Shown here one piece after another: positions 9,654-19,574 of a stretch of DNA of 64,000 bases; position 1 is the first letter of the stretch; the number at the start of each line of letters is the position of its first letter. Under the pieces are notes generated by a model. That model saw only the letters and a program-made list of their open reading frames with translations. It was not told where the DNA came from and searched no databases. Source of the DNA: an uncultured Planctomycetota bacterium. GTDB lineage: Bacteria; Planctomycetota; Planctomycetia; Pirellulales; Thermoguttaceae. The stretch spans positions 38,891-102,890 of the forward strand of contig ONGM01000143.1 in assembly GCA_900317365.1 (NCBI GenBank), in the 5' to 3' direction. The translations under genes were made by a program, and so were the position numbers.

Positions 9654-12600
9654 TTAGATTGTGGAGATTTTTGGAATGATTTCTTCTAGAACGTCCAACA
9701 CGATTCTCGCAGTGTCGAGGGACGTAAACATGGTAACCCCATTTTGAACCGCACAACTTCGTATGGCAATTCCGTCGTCGTCCCGGCCGCACGATATGAT
9801 CGGTCGCGTATTAATAATGTAGCTCACGTATCCCGCTCGAATGAAATTCAGAATTTCGTCGCTTCCTTCGCTGATCTTGGCGAGAACCTTTGTTCGAATA
9901 CCGCGTTCTTTTAAAAACGCCGCCGTCCCGCGCGTCGCTTGGATATTGAATCCTAATCGATAAAATCTTTCGACCAATGGGAAGGCTTCTTCTTTGTCTT
10001 CGTCCGCAATGGTTACGATAACGGAACCATAATCTTTCATTTTGATTCCGGACGCCTGCAACGCTTTGTATAAGGCGCGGTTGAGTCTGGAATCGTATCC
10101 GATCGCTTCGCCGGTTGATTTCATTTCAGGGGACAAGTACGCGTCCATACCCGACAATTTGGCAAAAGAAAAAGCCGGCGCTTTGACGTGCCAACGTGTC
10201 TTTGGCTTCGCTTCAAAGGAGAAGACGCCCTGTTCCTTTAAATTGTGCCCAAGCATAGCCTTCGTTGCGATTTGAACAAGGTTTTGCCCTACCGATTTCG
10301 ATAGGAACGGAACGCTGCGCGAAGCGCGAGGATTGACTTCGATCACATAAACATGATCGTTTTTATCGACGATGAATTGAATATTGAAAAGTCCGACAAT
10401 TCCGAGACCGAGTCCGAGCTTTCGCGTATAGTCCGCGATTATATCCTTAACGATTTCAGAAATGGAAAACGGCGGGTAAACGCTTGTGCTGTCGCCGGAG
10501 TGAACGCCGGTTCTTTCGACCAATTCCATGATTCCGGGAATAAGAACGTCCGTTCCGTCGCAGATCGCGTCGACTTCAACCTCTTTTCCCATAATATATT
10601 TATCAATTAAAACGGGCTTGTCTTTATTGACTTCCGCCGCGTTTTTGAGGTACCTGCGCAACGCGCTTTCGTCGGCGACGATTTCCATTGCACGTCCCCC
10701 GAGCACAAAACTTGGACGAACAAGGACGGGAAAGCCAAGGTCTTCGGCCGAACGAACGCCCGATTCAACGTCGAATACGGCGACCCCTTTCGGATTGGGA
10801 ATATTCAGGGAATGAATAACGTTGTCAAACGCGTCGCGATTTTCCGCGCGATTGATCGCTTCACAGTCTGTTCCGATAATCTTGACGCCGCGAGCGGATA
10901 GCGGCGCGGCAAGATTCACCGCCGTTTGCCCGCCAAGAGTCGCAATCACCCCTTCTGGACGCTCCAACTCAATAACGTTCATGACGTCTTCGACGGTCAG
11001 CGGCTCAAAGTAAAGCTTATCCGCTACGGAATAATCGGTCGACACGGTTTCCGGATTATTATTGATCACGATAGCTTCGTAACCTAACGCTCGAATCGCG
11101 TGAACGGCATGGACGGTCGAGTAGTCAAATTCGACGCCTTGCCCAATGCGAATCGGACCGGAGCCAAGCACAACAATCTTTTTGTTATTCGATGGAGAAG
11201 ACTCGTTTTCTTCCGCGTAAGTCGAATAGAAGTACGGCACGTAACTTTCAAATTCACTTGAGCACGTGTCGATCATTTTATACGCGGGGAAAATTTGATT
11301 CTCTTTTCGCAGAAGATAAATATCATCTTCCGTCGTTTCCCACAACTCGGCGACATACGAGTCTGAAAACCCCATTCTTTTGGCTTCGCGCAAATGTTCG
11401 AGGGAATTTTTATTATCTTGAAGCTCCTTTTCAAAATCGACGATCTTCTTGATTTTGTCGATAAAGAACATGTCGATTTGCGTAATATCGCTAATACGCG
11501 ACGCGTCGACGCCAAGCCATAAAAGTTGAGAAATCGCGTAAATTCGGTCGTCCGTTCCCTCTTTCACATAATCGAGAAGATCGTCGAGCGTCATGTTTTG
11601 CGAATCAAACTTTTCGAGATGGATGTGGTTTTTACCGTCTTCAAGCGAACGAATCGCCTTTAGTAAACTTTCCTCAAAAGTGCGGCCAACGCTCATCGTT
11701 TCCCCGGTCGCCTTCATTTGGGTTGAAAGAACGTTTGAGGCGTCTGGGAATTTGTCAAATGGGAATCGCGGCGCTTTGGTAACGACGTAGTCGAGCGCAG
11801 GCTCAAAACATGCCGGCGTATTCGCAAGTTGGATTTCGTCAAGGTTTAAACCGACGGCGATTTTAGCGGAGACGCGCGCTATTGGGTATCCCGAGGCTTT
11901 CGAAGCCAGCGCTGAAGACCGAGAAACTCTCGGGTTTACCTCGATCACATAATATTTAAAAGAGTGAGGATCCAAAGCAAATTGAACGTTGCATCCCCCT
12001 TTTACTTTTAAGGCGCGGATTATTTTTAACGCGGAATCTCGTAGCATATGGTATTCTTTATTGCTCAACGTCTGACTTGGCGCCACCACAATTGAATCGC
12101 CTGTGTGAATACCTACAGGATCGAGATTCTCCATATTGCAAACGACGAGCGCCGTATCGTTGGCGTCGCGCATTACCTCGTATTCGATCTCTTTATAGCC
12201 CTTCACGCTCTTTTCAACGAGAGCTTGACCGACCGGTGAATTTGCCAACGCGGTCTTCATTCTCTCTCGGAGTTCCTCCGGCGAATAAGCGAAACCTCCG
12301 CCAGTCCCGCCGAGTGTAAACGCAGGTCTGACAACGACCGGATACCCGATTTCGTTTGCCGCGTCGAGCGCTTCTTCGATCGAGTATGTGATTCGAGAAG
12401 GAATCGTGGGTTCCCCAATCTCTAAGCATAGCTCCTTAAACAACTCTCGGTCTTCCGCGCGTTCAATGCTTTTGGCGTCGGTTCCGAGAAGTTCGATACC
12501 GCACTCTTCCAAGACGCCTTTCTTAGCCAATTGTACGGCGAGATTTAATCCAGTCTGTCCGCCGATTCCCGGCACAATGGCGTCGGGTCTTTCAAACCGA

Positions 12601-12833
12601 CAAATTCGCGCGAGGTATTCCAGCGTTAGCGGCTCCATGTAGACCTTATCCGCGACAGTCGTGTCCGTCATGATCGTCGCAGGGTTAGAGTTAACTAAAA
12701 CGACCTCGAAACCTTCTTCTTTGAGCGCCAAGCAAGCCTGCGTGCCTGCGTAATCAAATTCTGCCGCTTGACCGACGACAATGGGACCGGATCCGATAAC
12801 CAACGTCTTTTTGATATCTGTTCGCTTAGGCAT
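9654..12833 (-). CDS. carB: Carbamoyl-phosphate synthase large subunit
   Basis: [33 protein letters not shown] with duplicated ATP-grasp halves. I place the start at ATG 12833, which gives an 8-nt ATGCCTAA overlap with the carA stop, rather than at the track's 12953. Confidence 0.95.
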   Translation of the reverse strand: MPKRTDIKKTLVIGSGPIVVGQAAEFDYAGTQACLALKEEGFEVVLVNSNPATIMTDTTVADKVYMEPLTLEYLARICRFERPDAIVPGIGGQTGLNLAVQLAKKGVLEECGIELLGTDAKSIERAEDRELFKELCLEIGEPTIPSRITYSIEEALDAANEIGYPVVVRPAFTLGGTGGGFAYSPEELRERMKTALANSPVGQALVEKSVKGYKEIEYEVMRDANDTALVVCNMENLDPVGIHTGDSIVVAPSQTLSNKEYHMLRDSALKIIRALKVKGGCNVQFALDPHSFKYYVIEVNPRVSRSSALASKASGYPIARVSAKIAVGLNLDEIQLANTPACFEPALDYVVTKAPRFPFDKFPDASNVLSTQMKATGETMSVGRTFEESLLKAIRSLEDGKNHIHLEKFDSQNMTLDDLLDYVKEGTDDRIYAISQLLWLGVDASRISDITQIDMFFIDKIKKIVDFEKELQDNKNSLEHLREAKRMGFSDSYVAELWETTEDDIYLLRKENQIFPAYKMIDTCSSEFESYVPYFYSTYAEENESSPSNNKKIVVLGSGPIRIGQGVEFDYSTVHAVHAIRALGYEAIVINNNPETVSTDYSVADKLYFEPLTVEDVMNVIELERPEGVIATLGGQTAVNLAAPLSARGVKIIGTDCEAINRAENRDAFDNVIHSLNIPNPKGVAVFDVESGVRSAEDLGFPVLVRPSFVLGGRAMEIVADESALRRYLKNAAEVNKDKPVLIDKYIMGKEVEVDAICDGTDVLIPGIMELVERTGVHSGDSTSVYPPFSISEIVKDIIADYTRKLGLGLGIVGLFNIQFIVDKNDHVYVIEVNPRASRSVPFLSKSVGQNLVQIATKAMLGHNLKEQGVFSFEAKPKTRWHVKAPAFSFAKLSGMDAYLSPEMKSTGEAIGYDSRLNRALYKALQASGIKMKDYGSVIVTIADEDKEEAFPLVERFYRLGFNIQATRGTAAFLKERGIRTKVLAKISEGSDEILNFIRAGYVSYIINTRPIISCGRDDDGIAIRSCAVQNGVTMFTSLDTARIVLDVLEEIIPKISTI

Positions 12834-13920
12834 TTTCTTTACTCTCGGCCATGTAATGTGTGAAACGGCTGAAAAGATACAAACTGTCTTGCGGTCCCGG
12901 CGCGCTTTCTGGGTGATACTGAACGCTAAAAACGCGATCGTCGGAACATTCAACGCCTTCGACCGTGTTGTCGAGAAGGTTGATATGCGTAATCTTTAAA
13001 TTCGTGCATTCCAAGCTTTCTGCGTCGACTGCGTAACTGTGGTTTTGCGACGTTATTTCGATCCTATTCGTCAAGAGATTTTTAACCGGATGATTGCCGC
13101 CGCGATGTCCGAATTTCAACTTATACGTCTTGGCGCCGTATGCAAGAGATATGATTTGGTGCCCTAAACAAACTCCGAAGACAGGAACGGAACCTCGTAA
13201 ACGCTTGACTGTGTCCACGACTTCCGGCACGTCCGTCGGATCGCCAGGTCCGTTCGAAACGAATACGCCGTCGGGTCTCATAAAGAGAATCTCTTCGGCT
13301 GGCGTGTTATAAGGAACGATCACGACGTTACACGAAAATCTCTTTAGTGAACGAACGAGATTAAGTTTCATTCCACAATCGATCGCAACGACGTTAAAGA
13401 TAGGATCCGCAGTGCGAGAATAACGCTTTTTTTTGCAAGAGACTCGCGACACGGCGTCGTTAGGGATCGGCGTCGACTGAATGCGCGCCAGGGCGACGTC
13501 GAGCGGCGTGTCGACGCCCGTCATAATTGCTCGTCTTGATCCGTAATCGCGAATGCTTCTCGTTAGTCGCCTTGTGTCGACCCCCGTGATCCCAGGCGCG
13601 TTGCAATCCTCAAGAAGCTCGCTCAACGTTTTAACGGCGCGGAAGTTTGAAGGAGAATCGTTATAGTCCCCCACGATCATTCCGCCGATACTTGGATTGA
13701 CGCTCTCGAAATCGTCGTCGGTAATTCCATAATTACCGATGAGCGGATATGTCATCGTGACGAATTGATCCGTATACGACGGATCCGACGCAATCTCCTG
13801 ATATCCGACAGGAGAGGTGTTAAAAACGACTTCGCAAACACGTTCAACGCTTGCGCCAAAACCGTAACCGTAAAATTCTTTACCGTCTTCCAGCACCAAC
13901 TTTCGATCTTTTTTTCTCAT
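12826..13920 (-). CDS. carA: Carbamoyl-phosphate synthase small (glutaminase) subunit
   Basis: 364 aa with the class-I GATase motif VFGVCLGHQ and HRGGNHPV, ending [11 protein letters not shown]. Confidence 0.95.
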   Translation of the reverse strand: MRKKDRKLVLEDGKEFYGYGFGASVERVCEVVFNTSPVGYQEIASDPSYTDQFVTMTYPLIGNYGITDDDFESVNPSIGGMIVGDYNDSPSNFRAVKTLSELLEDCNAPGITGVDTRRLTRSIRDYGSRRAIMTGVDTPLDVALARIQSTPIPNDAVSRVSCKKKRYSRTADPIFNVVAIDCGMKLNLVRSLKRFSCNVVIVPYNTPAEEILFMRPDGVFVSNGPGDPTDVPEVVDTVKRLRGSVPVFGVCLGHQIISLAYGAKTYKLKFGHRGGNHPVKNLLTNRIEITSQNHSYAVDAESLECTNLKITHINLLDNTVEGVECSDDRVFSVQYHPESAPGPQDSLYLFSRFTHYMAESKENA

Positions 13921-14007
13921 GATTTTCTCCGTCGCATGGTGAGGCGCGTCGGCAAGCAGGGCTTCATTTTTCGCTTGCTGTATGGCGTGTCGTTCCGGGT
14001 CGAGCGC

Positions 14008-14691
14008 TTAATCTCGACGCATGGCTATAATGGTTTCCGCTATTTCCTTTTTGGTTACGCAACGATCCATCGCTTGCTTTTCAATATAACGGTGCGCTTC
14101 TCCTTCCGTCATTTTCAATTGCTCGACAAGAAGCAACTTCGCATGATTGATTATGCGAATTTCTTTCATTTTTTCCTCAACAGTAGCCGTCTTTTTCTCC
14201 AGCATACGCAGTCGTTCTCGAACGCCGCATAGAAACGAAAGGTGTTGAAGAACGACCTGTCCCGCCGTTGGCTTCGAGAGAACGCACACCCCTCGAGGAG
14301 TCGCTTTCGCGTTGACTTCGGCAAAGACTTCCTGATACACAAAGATCATTGCGCACGCTCCGTGCTCGTCGCAGACGTCGAAAGCGAATTCTACGCCAAA
14401 TTCGTCCGGCAAAGGCGCGTTTACAACGATAACGTCATAGCTTCTTTCAAGGAACTTCCTTTTAGCGTCCGCAGCGGTCGTTACAGTCGTCGGGCGATAC
14501 TTGGGTTTAGGAAGGATCATGACGAGCGAGTTTGCAAAAGCGGCGCTCGCCGACACAATGAGAATCGAATAAGAACGGTCGAGATAAAAATCGTCGTCTC
14601 GACGTTTCGCCCTTCTTCCTCCTAATACGCCGTCGATTCCTCCGCGCGAAGATCGGCGCTCATGAGTTGTGCTGAAACCTTGCGATTCCAT
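14008..14691 (-). CDS. ANTAR-domain RNA-binding antiterminator with N-terminal pseudo-receiver
   Basis: The C-terminus IRIINHAKLLLVEQLKMTEGEAHRYIEKQAMDRCVTKKEIAETII fits ANTAR. The receiver-like part has ILIVSASA in place of the DD pocket and VIVVNAPLP in place of the phospho-Asp, while LSKP is retained. Confidence 0.8.
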   Translation of the reverse strand: MESQGFSTTHERRSSRGGIDGVLGGRRAKRRDDDFYLDRSYSILIVSASAAFANSLVMILPKPKYRPTTVTTAADAKRKFLERSYDVIVVNAPLPDEFGVEFAFDVCDEHGACAMIFVYQEVFAEVNAKATPRGVCVLSKPTAGQVVLQHLSFLCGVRERLRMLEKKTATVEEKMKEIRIINHAKLLLVEQLKMTEGEAHRYIEKQAMDRCVTKKEIAETIIAMRRD

Positions 14692-14721
14692 AGCGCGTCC
14701 TCTCTGTTTTTCTAAACGCGT

Positions 14722-15945
14722 TTATTCTTCGTCGGCAAGCGCAATGTAGTGGTTCGCGATTTGTTGTGGTATTTTTTCGTTAATTAAGGAACTGCTTTTA
14801 GTTGCTTCGGCGGCTTCGCGAAGGGACAACGGCACGCGCTCTTCGACAATGCGTTCAGACTCTTGATTCGCGCCGGGCTCAATCGGAAGCGGCGGTTGTA
14901 CTTCGTTGTCGATCCCGTCGAGAGCCGACCAAATAAGCAACGCGTTCGCCAAATACGGATTGCAGGTAGAATCAGGAGTTCCGAGTTCTACCGTCTTTCG
15001 ATCGGCGCCGTCGTTTGAGAGACGAACGATCTGTTCGCAACTCTCGCGAGACCATGCGACTTTTTTGGGCACGTTGCTTTCTCTCAATCTTTGATACGAA
15101 TTCGCCGTCGGATTAAAAAAGAGCGTCATTGCGCAAATATTCTTCAAAAGACCGCCAATTGCGTAACGCCAATACTCGTTATTGTTACCGTTATTCTGTT
15201 GGATGCGAAATTTCAATCTCATCGCGTTTCCAGGTTGATTCGCCATTGGCAGAGGGGAAAAATCTGCGAAAAGTCCGTGCGCCGCAGCGATCGTATTAAC
15301 GACAAAGCGAAACGTTACCGCCGCGTCCGCCGCCGCGAGAGGATCTAGCGAACAAAAATCTATTTCATTCTGTCCCGGTCCAACCTCGTGGTGAGAACTC
15401 ACCGGTTTGACTCCCATTTGCTCGAGACTCAGACATATTTCTCGGCGAATGTTTTCACCTTTGTCGTCAGGTGACACGTCCATATATCCTGCGGAGTCGA
15501 AAGGTTCCCGCGTTGGTAAGCCGTTCTCGTCGCGACGGAAAAGATAGAATTCCATTTCGGAACTAATAGCAAAGGAAACGCCCTTAGATTCAGCTTCTTG
15601 AATCGCTCGAATTAAAACCGACCGCGAATCGGACTCAAAAGACGTTCCGTCGGGATAAGAGATCGAGCAAAACATTCGAATAACTCTTCCCCGTTCCGGA
15701 CGCCACGGTAAGACCGCGATCGTCGACGTGTCCGGACGGAGTAAAAGATCAGAGTTTGCGCGCGTTTCAAACCCGCGAATTGCCGAAGATTTAATTGGAA
15801 CGCCGCACTCGAACGCATTTCGCAATTCGTCCGACATGATCGACGTATTCTTCTTGCGACCAAAAACGTCCGTAAACGCGAGACGAATGAATTTAACGTC
15901 TTCTTCGGCTACGTACTGCTCAATTTCATTGATTGTATATTTCAT
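14722..15945 (-). CDS. Glutamine synthetase type-I-like protein, divergent and possibly non-catalytic
   Basis: The GS N-terminus (VKFIRLAFTDVFG), EMEFYLF, HHEVGPGQNEIDF and NPTANSYQRL are present. However, GSGMHxHxSL is replaced by GNAMRLKFRI and E-V-R-x-PD by E-L-G-T-PD. I prefer the start at ATG 15945 over TTG 15966. Confidence 0.8.
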   Translation of the reverse strand: MKYTINEIEQYVAEEDVKFIRLAFTDVFGRKKNTSIMSDELRNAFECGVPIKSSAIRGFETRANSDLLLRPDTSTIAVLPWRPERGRVIRMFCSISYPDGTSFESDSRSVLIRAIQEAESKGVSFAISSEMEFYLFRRDENGLPTREPFDSAGYMDVSPDDKGENIRREICLSLEQMGVKPVSSHHEVGPGQNEIDFCSLDPLAAADAAVTFRFVVNTIAAAHGLFADFSPLPMANQPGNAMRLKFRIQQNNGNNNEYWRYAIGGLLKNICAMTLFFNPTANSYQRLRESNVPKKVAWSRESCEQIVRLSNDGADRKTVELGTPDSTCNPYLANALLIWSALDGIDNEVQPPLPIEPGANQESERIVEERVPLSLREAAEATKSSSLINEKIPQQIANHYIALADEE

Positions 15946-15998
15946 TTGCGTCTTTCTATCTTCCAACGATCAATCATCTCGTGATCGTAGACAAAGCG

Positions 15999-16721
15999 TC
16001 AGTTCGCGACGTACATTTGCTTATAAGGATTAGCGACGTTCGGCGTGACCAGAGTAAAAGGTTCGTCAATAATCTTGGCAAAATCGTATCCAAACGTTTC
16101 ACAGAACTTTGCGATCAATGGACGAATTTCAGCCAAGTCTTCAGGATTTGCTATTTTTACCGTTGTTTGCTCGGGAAAAGAAACGGTTCCGAGCCCGCCT
16201 CGAACGAAAAGCTTTCCGCCGTGCATACCCGCGCATGGGAACGCTCCTAACGTTTCCTTGTCGTCCTTATGCAGACCAAGAGCTACGATCAGTCCACCCG
16301 CCTGATATTCTCCTAAAAAGCTACCGACACGTCCGCCGATGACGATCGCAGGCTTTTTCTCTTTGTATTCCTTCATATGGATGCCGACGCGATAGCCGGC
16401 GTTTCCTTGAACGAGTATTATTCCACCGCGCATCGCGTATCCGACCGCGTCGCCAACATTTCCATGAATCACAATCAAGCCGTCGTTCATCGTGTCTCCG
16501 ACCGCGTCTTGCGCGTTCCCTTCTACGATGATTTCCGAGCCGGCAAGGTAAGCGCCGAGCGCGTTGCCCGGAACGCCGGAAATCACAATTCGCTTGCCGC
16601 GAGATCCCGACGCGATGAAACGTTGTCCGAGACACTCGACGATTTTCAGTTCGTCGCCCGACTGATAAATCTCGTCGTTCAAAACGTCAAAACTCTTATT
16701 TTTGGCTTCTATCACTCTCAC
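15999..16721 (-). CDS. Glutamate synthase GXGXG-domain subunit (GltB C-terminal domain homolog)
   Basis: Repeated G-x-G beta-helix motifs (ISGVPGNALGAYLAG, VEGNAQDAVGDTMNDG, IHGNVGDAVGYAMRGG, VQGNAGYRVG). I prefer the start at GTG 16721, 5 nt after a GGAGG, over the track's TTG 16769. Confidence 0.8.
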   Translation of the reverse strand: MRVIEAKNKSFDVLNDEIYQSGDELKIVECLGQRFIASGSRGKRIVISGVPGNALGAYLAGSEIIVEGNAQDAVGDTMNDGLIVIHGNVGDAVGYAMRGGIILVQGNAGYRVGIHMKEYKEKKPAIVIGGRVGSFLGEYQAGGLIVALGLHKDDKETLGAFPCAGMHGGKLFVRGGLGTVSFPEQTTVKIANPEDLAEIRPLIAKFCETFGYDFAKIIDEPFTLVTPNVANPYKQMYVAN

Positions 16722-16790
16722 TTTTGCCTCCGAACGTCGATGAATGCACACCTGTTGCGTTGCGATCAAACCAAGGAACAGAACTGCTCG

Positions 16791-18296
16791 TTACTCGCCT
16801 GCGTGTTTAATTCCTAAAATGTCCAATTCCTTTTCGGTCATACCGATACCTCGCAACATCAACCGATTTCCTCGAAGCGTTTCTATGGAGTTAATTCCCA
16901 TGCCGCCCATGAGTTCTTTAATTTCATGGCGCCACGCGGACAGAAGATTTACAAGTCTTCTGGCGCCGACGTTAGGATCAAGTCTTTGAACAAGTTCCGG
17001 TCGTTGAGTGGCGATTCCCCAATTGCATCGACCCGTCTGACATGAACGACATAGTCGACATCCCAACGCGATCAACGCAGCCGTGGCGATATAACATGCG
17101 TCCGCGCCCAATGCAATCGCTTTAACGACGTCGGCCGCGTTACGAATACTCCCGCCGACAACGAGGGAAACGTTGTTTCGTATACCTTCCGCACGAAGTC
17201 GTTCGTCTACCGCAGCGAGCGCTAGTTCGACGGGAATTCCAACGTTGTCGCGAATACGCGTCGGCGCCGCGCCTGTTCCACCTCGAAAACCGTCGATCGC
17301 GATAATATCCGCGCCGCTACGCGCCACTCCGCTAGCGATCGCGGCAATGTTATGTACCGCTGCAACTTTAACGATGATCGGCTTAGTGCGCCTGGTCGCT
17401 TCTTTCAGAGAGTAGACCAATTGGCGGAGATCCTCGATCGAATACACGTCGTGATGCGGCGCCGGCGAAATGGCGTCGACTCCTTCTGGGATCATTCTCG
17501 TTCTCGACACGTCGCCTACAATTTTGGCGCCCGGTAAGTGCCCGCCGACTCCCGGCTTTGCTCCCTGCCCCATCTTGATCTCGATCGCCGCTCCTGCGTT
17601 GAGATAATCCTCGTGAACGCCAAAGCGCCCGGAAGCGACCTGCACGATCGTATTTGCGCCGTATCGATAGAAGTCCTCATGAAGACCGCCTTCACCGGTA
17701 TTATAGAAGACCCCGAGTTCCTGAGCCGCGCGCGCTAAACTTTCATGCGCGTTGTAACTGATCGAGCCGTAGCTCATCGCCGAAAACATGACCGGCGTCT
17801 CCAGGACAAGTTGCGGCTCCATCGACACGTCCAACGAGCCGTCCGAAGCCCGACGAATTTGCTCAGGCTTTTTGCCCAGAAAAACGCGCGTTTCCATTGG
17901 TTCGCGCAGTGGATCAATCGAGGGGTTGGTTACCTGCGACGCGTTGATCAGTATTCGATCCCAATAGACCGGAGTCGGTTTAGGCGCCCCCATCGACGAG
18001 AGCAAAACCGCGCCGGTATTCGATTGTTTGACGATCTCGCTGATCAAATCGGCGGACCAATTGGCATTCTCTTTGAACGAATTCTCATTCTTGACGATTT
18101 TGAGCGCGCGCGTCGGACACATCGCGACGCAACGCTGACAGTCGACGCATTTGCTTTCGTCGACGACAAGCTTTCGCGAGCGCTCGTCAATTCGATGAAC
18201 TCCATTGGCGCATTCGCGAACGCATAAATTACACGACACGCACCGTTCGAGATTTCTTACAACGTCAAACTCAGAGGAAAGGTACTGGACGGACAT
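16791..18296 (-). CDS. Glutamate synthase FMN/Fe-S subunit with N-terminal 2x[4Fe-4S] ferredoxin domain (archaeal type)
   Basis: CVSCNLCVRECA and CVDCQRCVAMCP, then GEGG, KMGQGAKPGVGGHLPG and the GGTGAAP FMN-domain motifs. Its ATG shares one base with the upstream stop (TAATG). Confidence 0.85.
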   Translation of the reverse strand: MSVQYLSSEFDVVRNLERCVSCNLCVRECANGVHRIDERSRKLVVDESKCVDCQRCVAMCPTRALKIVKNENSFKENANWSADLISEIVKQSNTGAVLLSSMGAPKPTPVYWDRILINASQVTNPSIDPLREPMETRVFLGKKPEQIRRASDGSLDVSMEPQLVLETPVMFSAMSYGSISYNAHESLARAAQELGVFYNTGEGGLHEDFYRYGANTIVQVASGRFGVHEDYLNAGAAIEIKMGQGAKPGVGGHLPGAKIVGDVSRTRMIPEGVDAISPAPHHDVYSIEDLRQLVYSLKEATRRTKPIIVKVAAVHNIAAIASGVARSGADIIAIDGFRGGTGAAPTRIRDNVGIPVELALAAVDERLRAEGIRNNVSLVVGGSIRNAADVVKAIALGADACYIATAALIALGCRLCRSCQTGRCNWGIATQRPELVQRLDPNVGARRLVNLLSAWRHEIKELMGGMGINSIETLRGNRLMLRGIGMTEKELDILGIKHAGE

Positions 18297-19387
18297 TAGA
18301 GCGCTCCTTTCTGAACCTTGAAAATCACCGGTTCGCCCCCTGCCGGAGCATAGACCTTTTCGGCGTTTGGCGCCATGATTCGTATCGCGGCTTCTTCGCT
18401 TGCGACGTAACGCATGTCGTCCTTTTCCGCAACAACCATCGAGCGCAACTTCAGTCGATCGTTGAGCGCCATAAGTCCCCCGTCAAATCCTAAAACAATC
18501 GAAAAAGGCCCCGTTAAAAGGAGACTCGGAAAAACCTTGCGAAGGTAAGAAAGCTGCTCCGATTCTTTTTGCGGGAGACTGTCGACAACGCTCCAAAAGG
18601 GAGCGGCTATTACGGCCGCAGTCTCTTCGAGCGTCAGCTTTTGTCGACGCAAGAGGTAATCGGCAATATACGCGATGACTTCCGTGTCCGTCTGAAGCGA
18701 ACATTTGTATCCAAACATCTCGATAAACCGTCGATTGGCGTCGTAAGAGGAAATCTCCCCGTTATGTACAACAGTGTAATCGAGGATTCCAAACGGATGG
18801 GCGCCTCCCCACCATCCAGGCGTATTCGTGGGGTAACGTCCGTGCGCCGTCCAAGCGTATCCTGCGTATTCTTCCAATCGATAAAACCGTCCAACGTCTT
18901 CCGGAAACCCGACCGCCTTAAAGGCGCCCATGTTTTTCCCGCTAGAAAAAACGTACGAACCTTGAAATTGCGAATTGATTTTTATGACGGTTCGCGCGAC
19001 AAATTCTTTTTCATCGAGCTGAAGACGAGAAAGAACAGACTGCAACGGCGCGACAAAATAGCGCCATATTATCGGTACGTCGGTAATTTCAGGGATCTTG
19101 CGAATTGGTATCGGTTCCGACTTGACGATCTCGTAGCCTTCTTTGAGGTACTTTTCGCACTCTTTTTGCGCGGCGACGTCGTCAAAAAAAACATGAAAGG
19201 CGTAGAAGTCTTGAAAATCCGGATAAATCCCATACCCTGCGAATCCGCCCCCGAGACCGTTGGATCTGTCGCGCATGGGAACCATACTCTTGGTAATGGC
19301 CTCGCCTGTTGTCGCCGCGCCCTTGAGCGAAATCATCGCTGAAATCGCGCATCCTGAAGGAATACGAACCTGTCCTTCCCTTTGCAT
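18296..19387 (-). CDS. Class-II (Ntn) glutamine amidotransferase subunit of split glutamate synthase
   Basis: 363 aa containing RIPSGCAIS..., HGRYPTNTPG and VHNGEISSY. The catalytic Cys is residue 13. Confidence 0.85.
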   Translation of the reverse strand: MQREGQVRIPSGCAISAMISLKGAATTGEAITKSMVPMRDRSNGLGGGFAGYGIYPDFQDFYAFHVFFDDVAAQKECEKYLKEGYEIVKSEPIPIRKIPEITDVPIIWRYFVAPLQSVLSRLQLDEKEFVARTVIKINSQFQGSYVFSSGKNMGAFKAVGFPEDVGRFYRLEEYAGYAWTAHGRYPTNTPGWWGGAHPFGILDYTVVHNGEISSYDANRRFIEMFGYKCSLQTDTEVIAYIADYLLRRQKLTLEETAAVIAAPFWSVVDSLPQKESEQLSYLRKVFPSLLLTGPFSIVLGFDGGLMALNDRLKLRSMVVAEKDDMRYVASEEAAIRIMAPNAEKVYAPAGGEPVIFKVQKGAL

Positions 19388-19413
19388 AGACTCTCACCCT
19401 TTCTGCTGACGCC

Positions 19414-19467
19414 AAAAAAAAAAGCGCCCACTCGCGGAAGTACTCTACGTGCTTCGCGAATGAACGC
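19414..19467 (-). terminator. Leader (attenuator) terminator of the glutamate-synthase operon
   Basis: Minus-strand RNA reads GCGUUCAUUCGCGAAG-cacguagagua-CUUCCGCGAGUGGGCGC followed by U10. That gives 16 bp including 3 GU pairs and one bulged C. It ends 26 nt before the ATG at 19387. Confidence 0.7.
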
Positions 19468-19477
19468 CTTTGCTCAT
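19460..19477 (-). promoter_or_regulatory. Hexaloop hairpin (candidate ANTAR-binding antiterminator element)
   Basis: AUGAGC-AAAGGC-GUUCAU is a 6-bp stem with a 6-nt loop carrying A at position 1 and G at position 4. Its 3' arm is part of the terminator's 5' arm, so the two structures are mutually exclusive. Confidence 0.5.
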
Positions 19478-19574
19478 CGGTGAAACATTTTAGCGCCTCT
19501 TTCGAAAACGTCAAGGAAAAAGAATGAAAAAATTTAAGAAAAGGTAATCTTTTAACAGACGTTTCAACAGATTT

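Noticed and set aside
12834-12953. N-terminal 40-codon extension of carB in the ORF track, and similar extensions for asnB (21341..21412), the EamA gene, cinA, the GH78-like gene and the HTH-EIIA gene
   Set aside because: The extensions overlap upstream genes or lack an RBS. Internal ATGs give canonical N-termini (MPKRTD.., MCSIMG.., signal peptides) with good RBS spacing.
14722-19387. Alternative reading of the cluster as the N-methylglutamate pathway (gmaS plus mgsABC) for methylamine use
   Set aside because: The gene order is GATase-FMN-GXGXG, not the mgsA-B-C order. The FMN subunit has an archaeal-type ferredoxin domain, and no NMG dehydrogenase (mgdABCD-like) genes are present. The GS-like protein lacks ligands that GmaS keeps, and the context is glnN/amt/asnB/carAB. 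This alternative is not formally excluded without phylogeny.
19424-19477. Resemblance of GCGUUCA... in the leader to the 5' end of the glutamine (glnA) riboswitch
   Set aside because: Only the short CGUUCA string matches. I see no complementary GGAACG closing helix or E-loop/pseudoknot elements. The sequence is fully explained as a terminator arm.
19500-19560. Candidate upstream P1 hairpin AAAAG-AUUAC(C)-CUUUU in the GOGAT leader to complete a dual-hexaloop ANTAR site
   Set aside because: The loop is 5 nt, or 6 nt with A rather than G at position 4. The stem is all A-U and it lies about 60 nt from the other hairpin, so it is not convincing.
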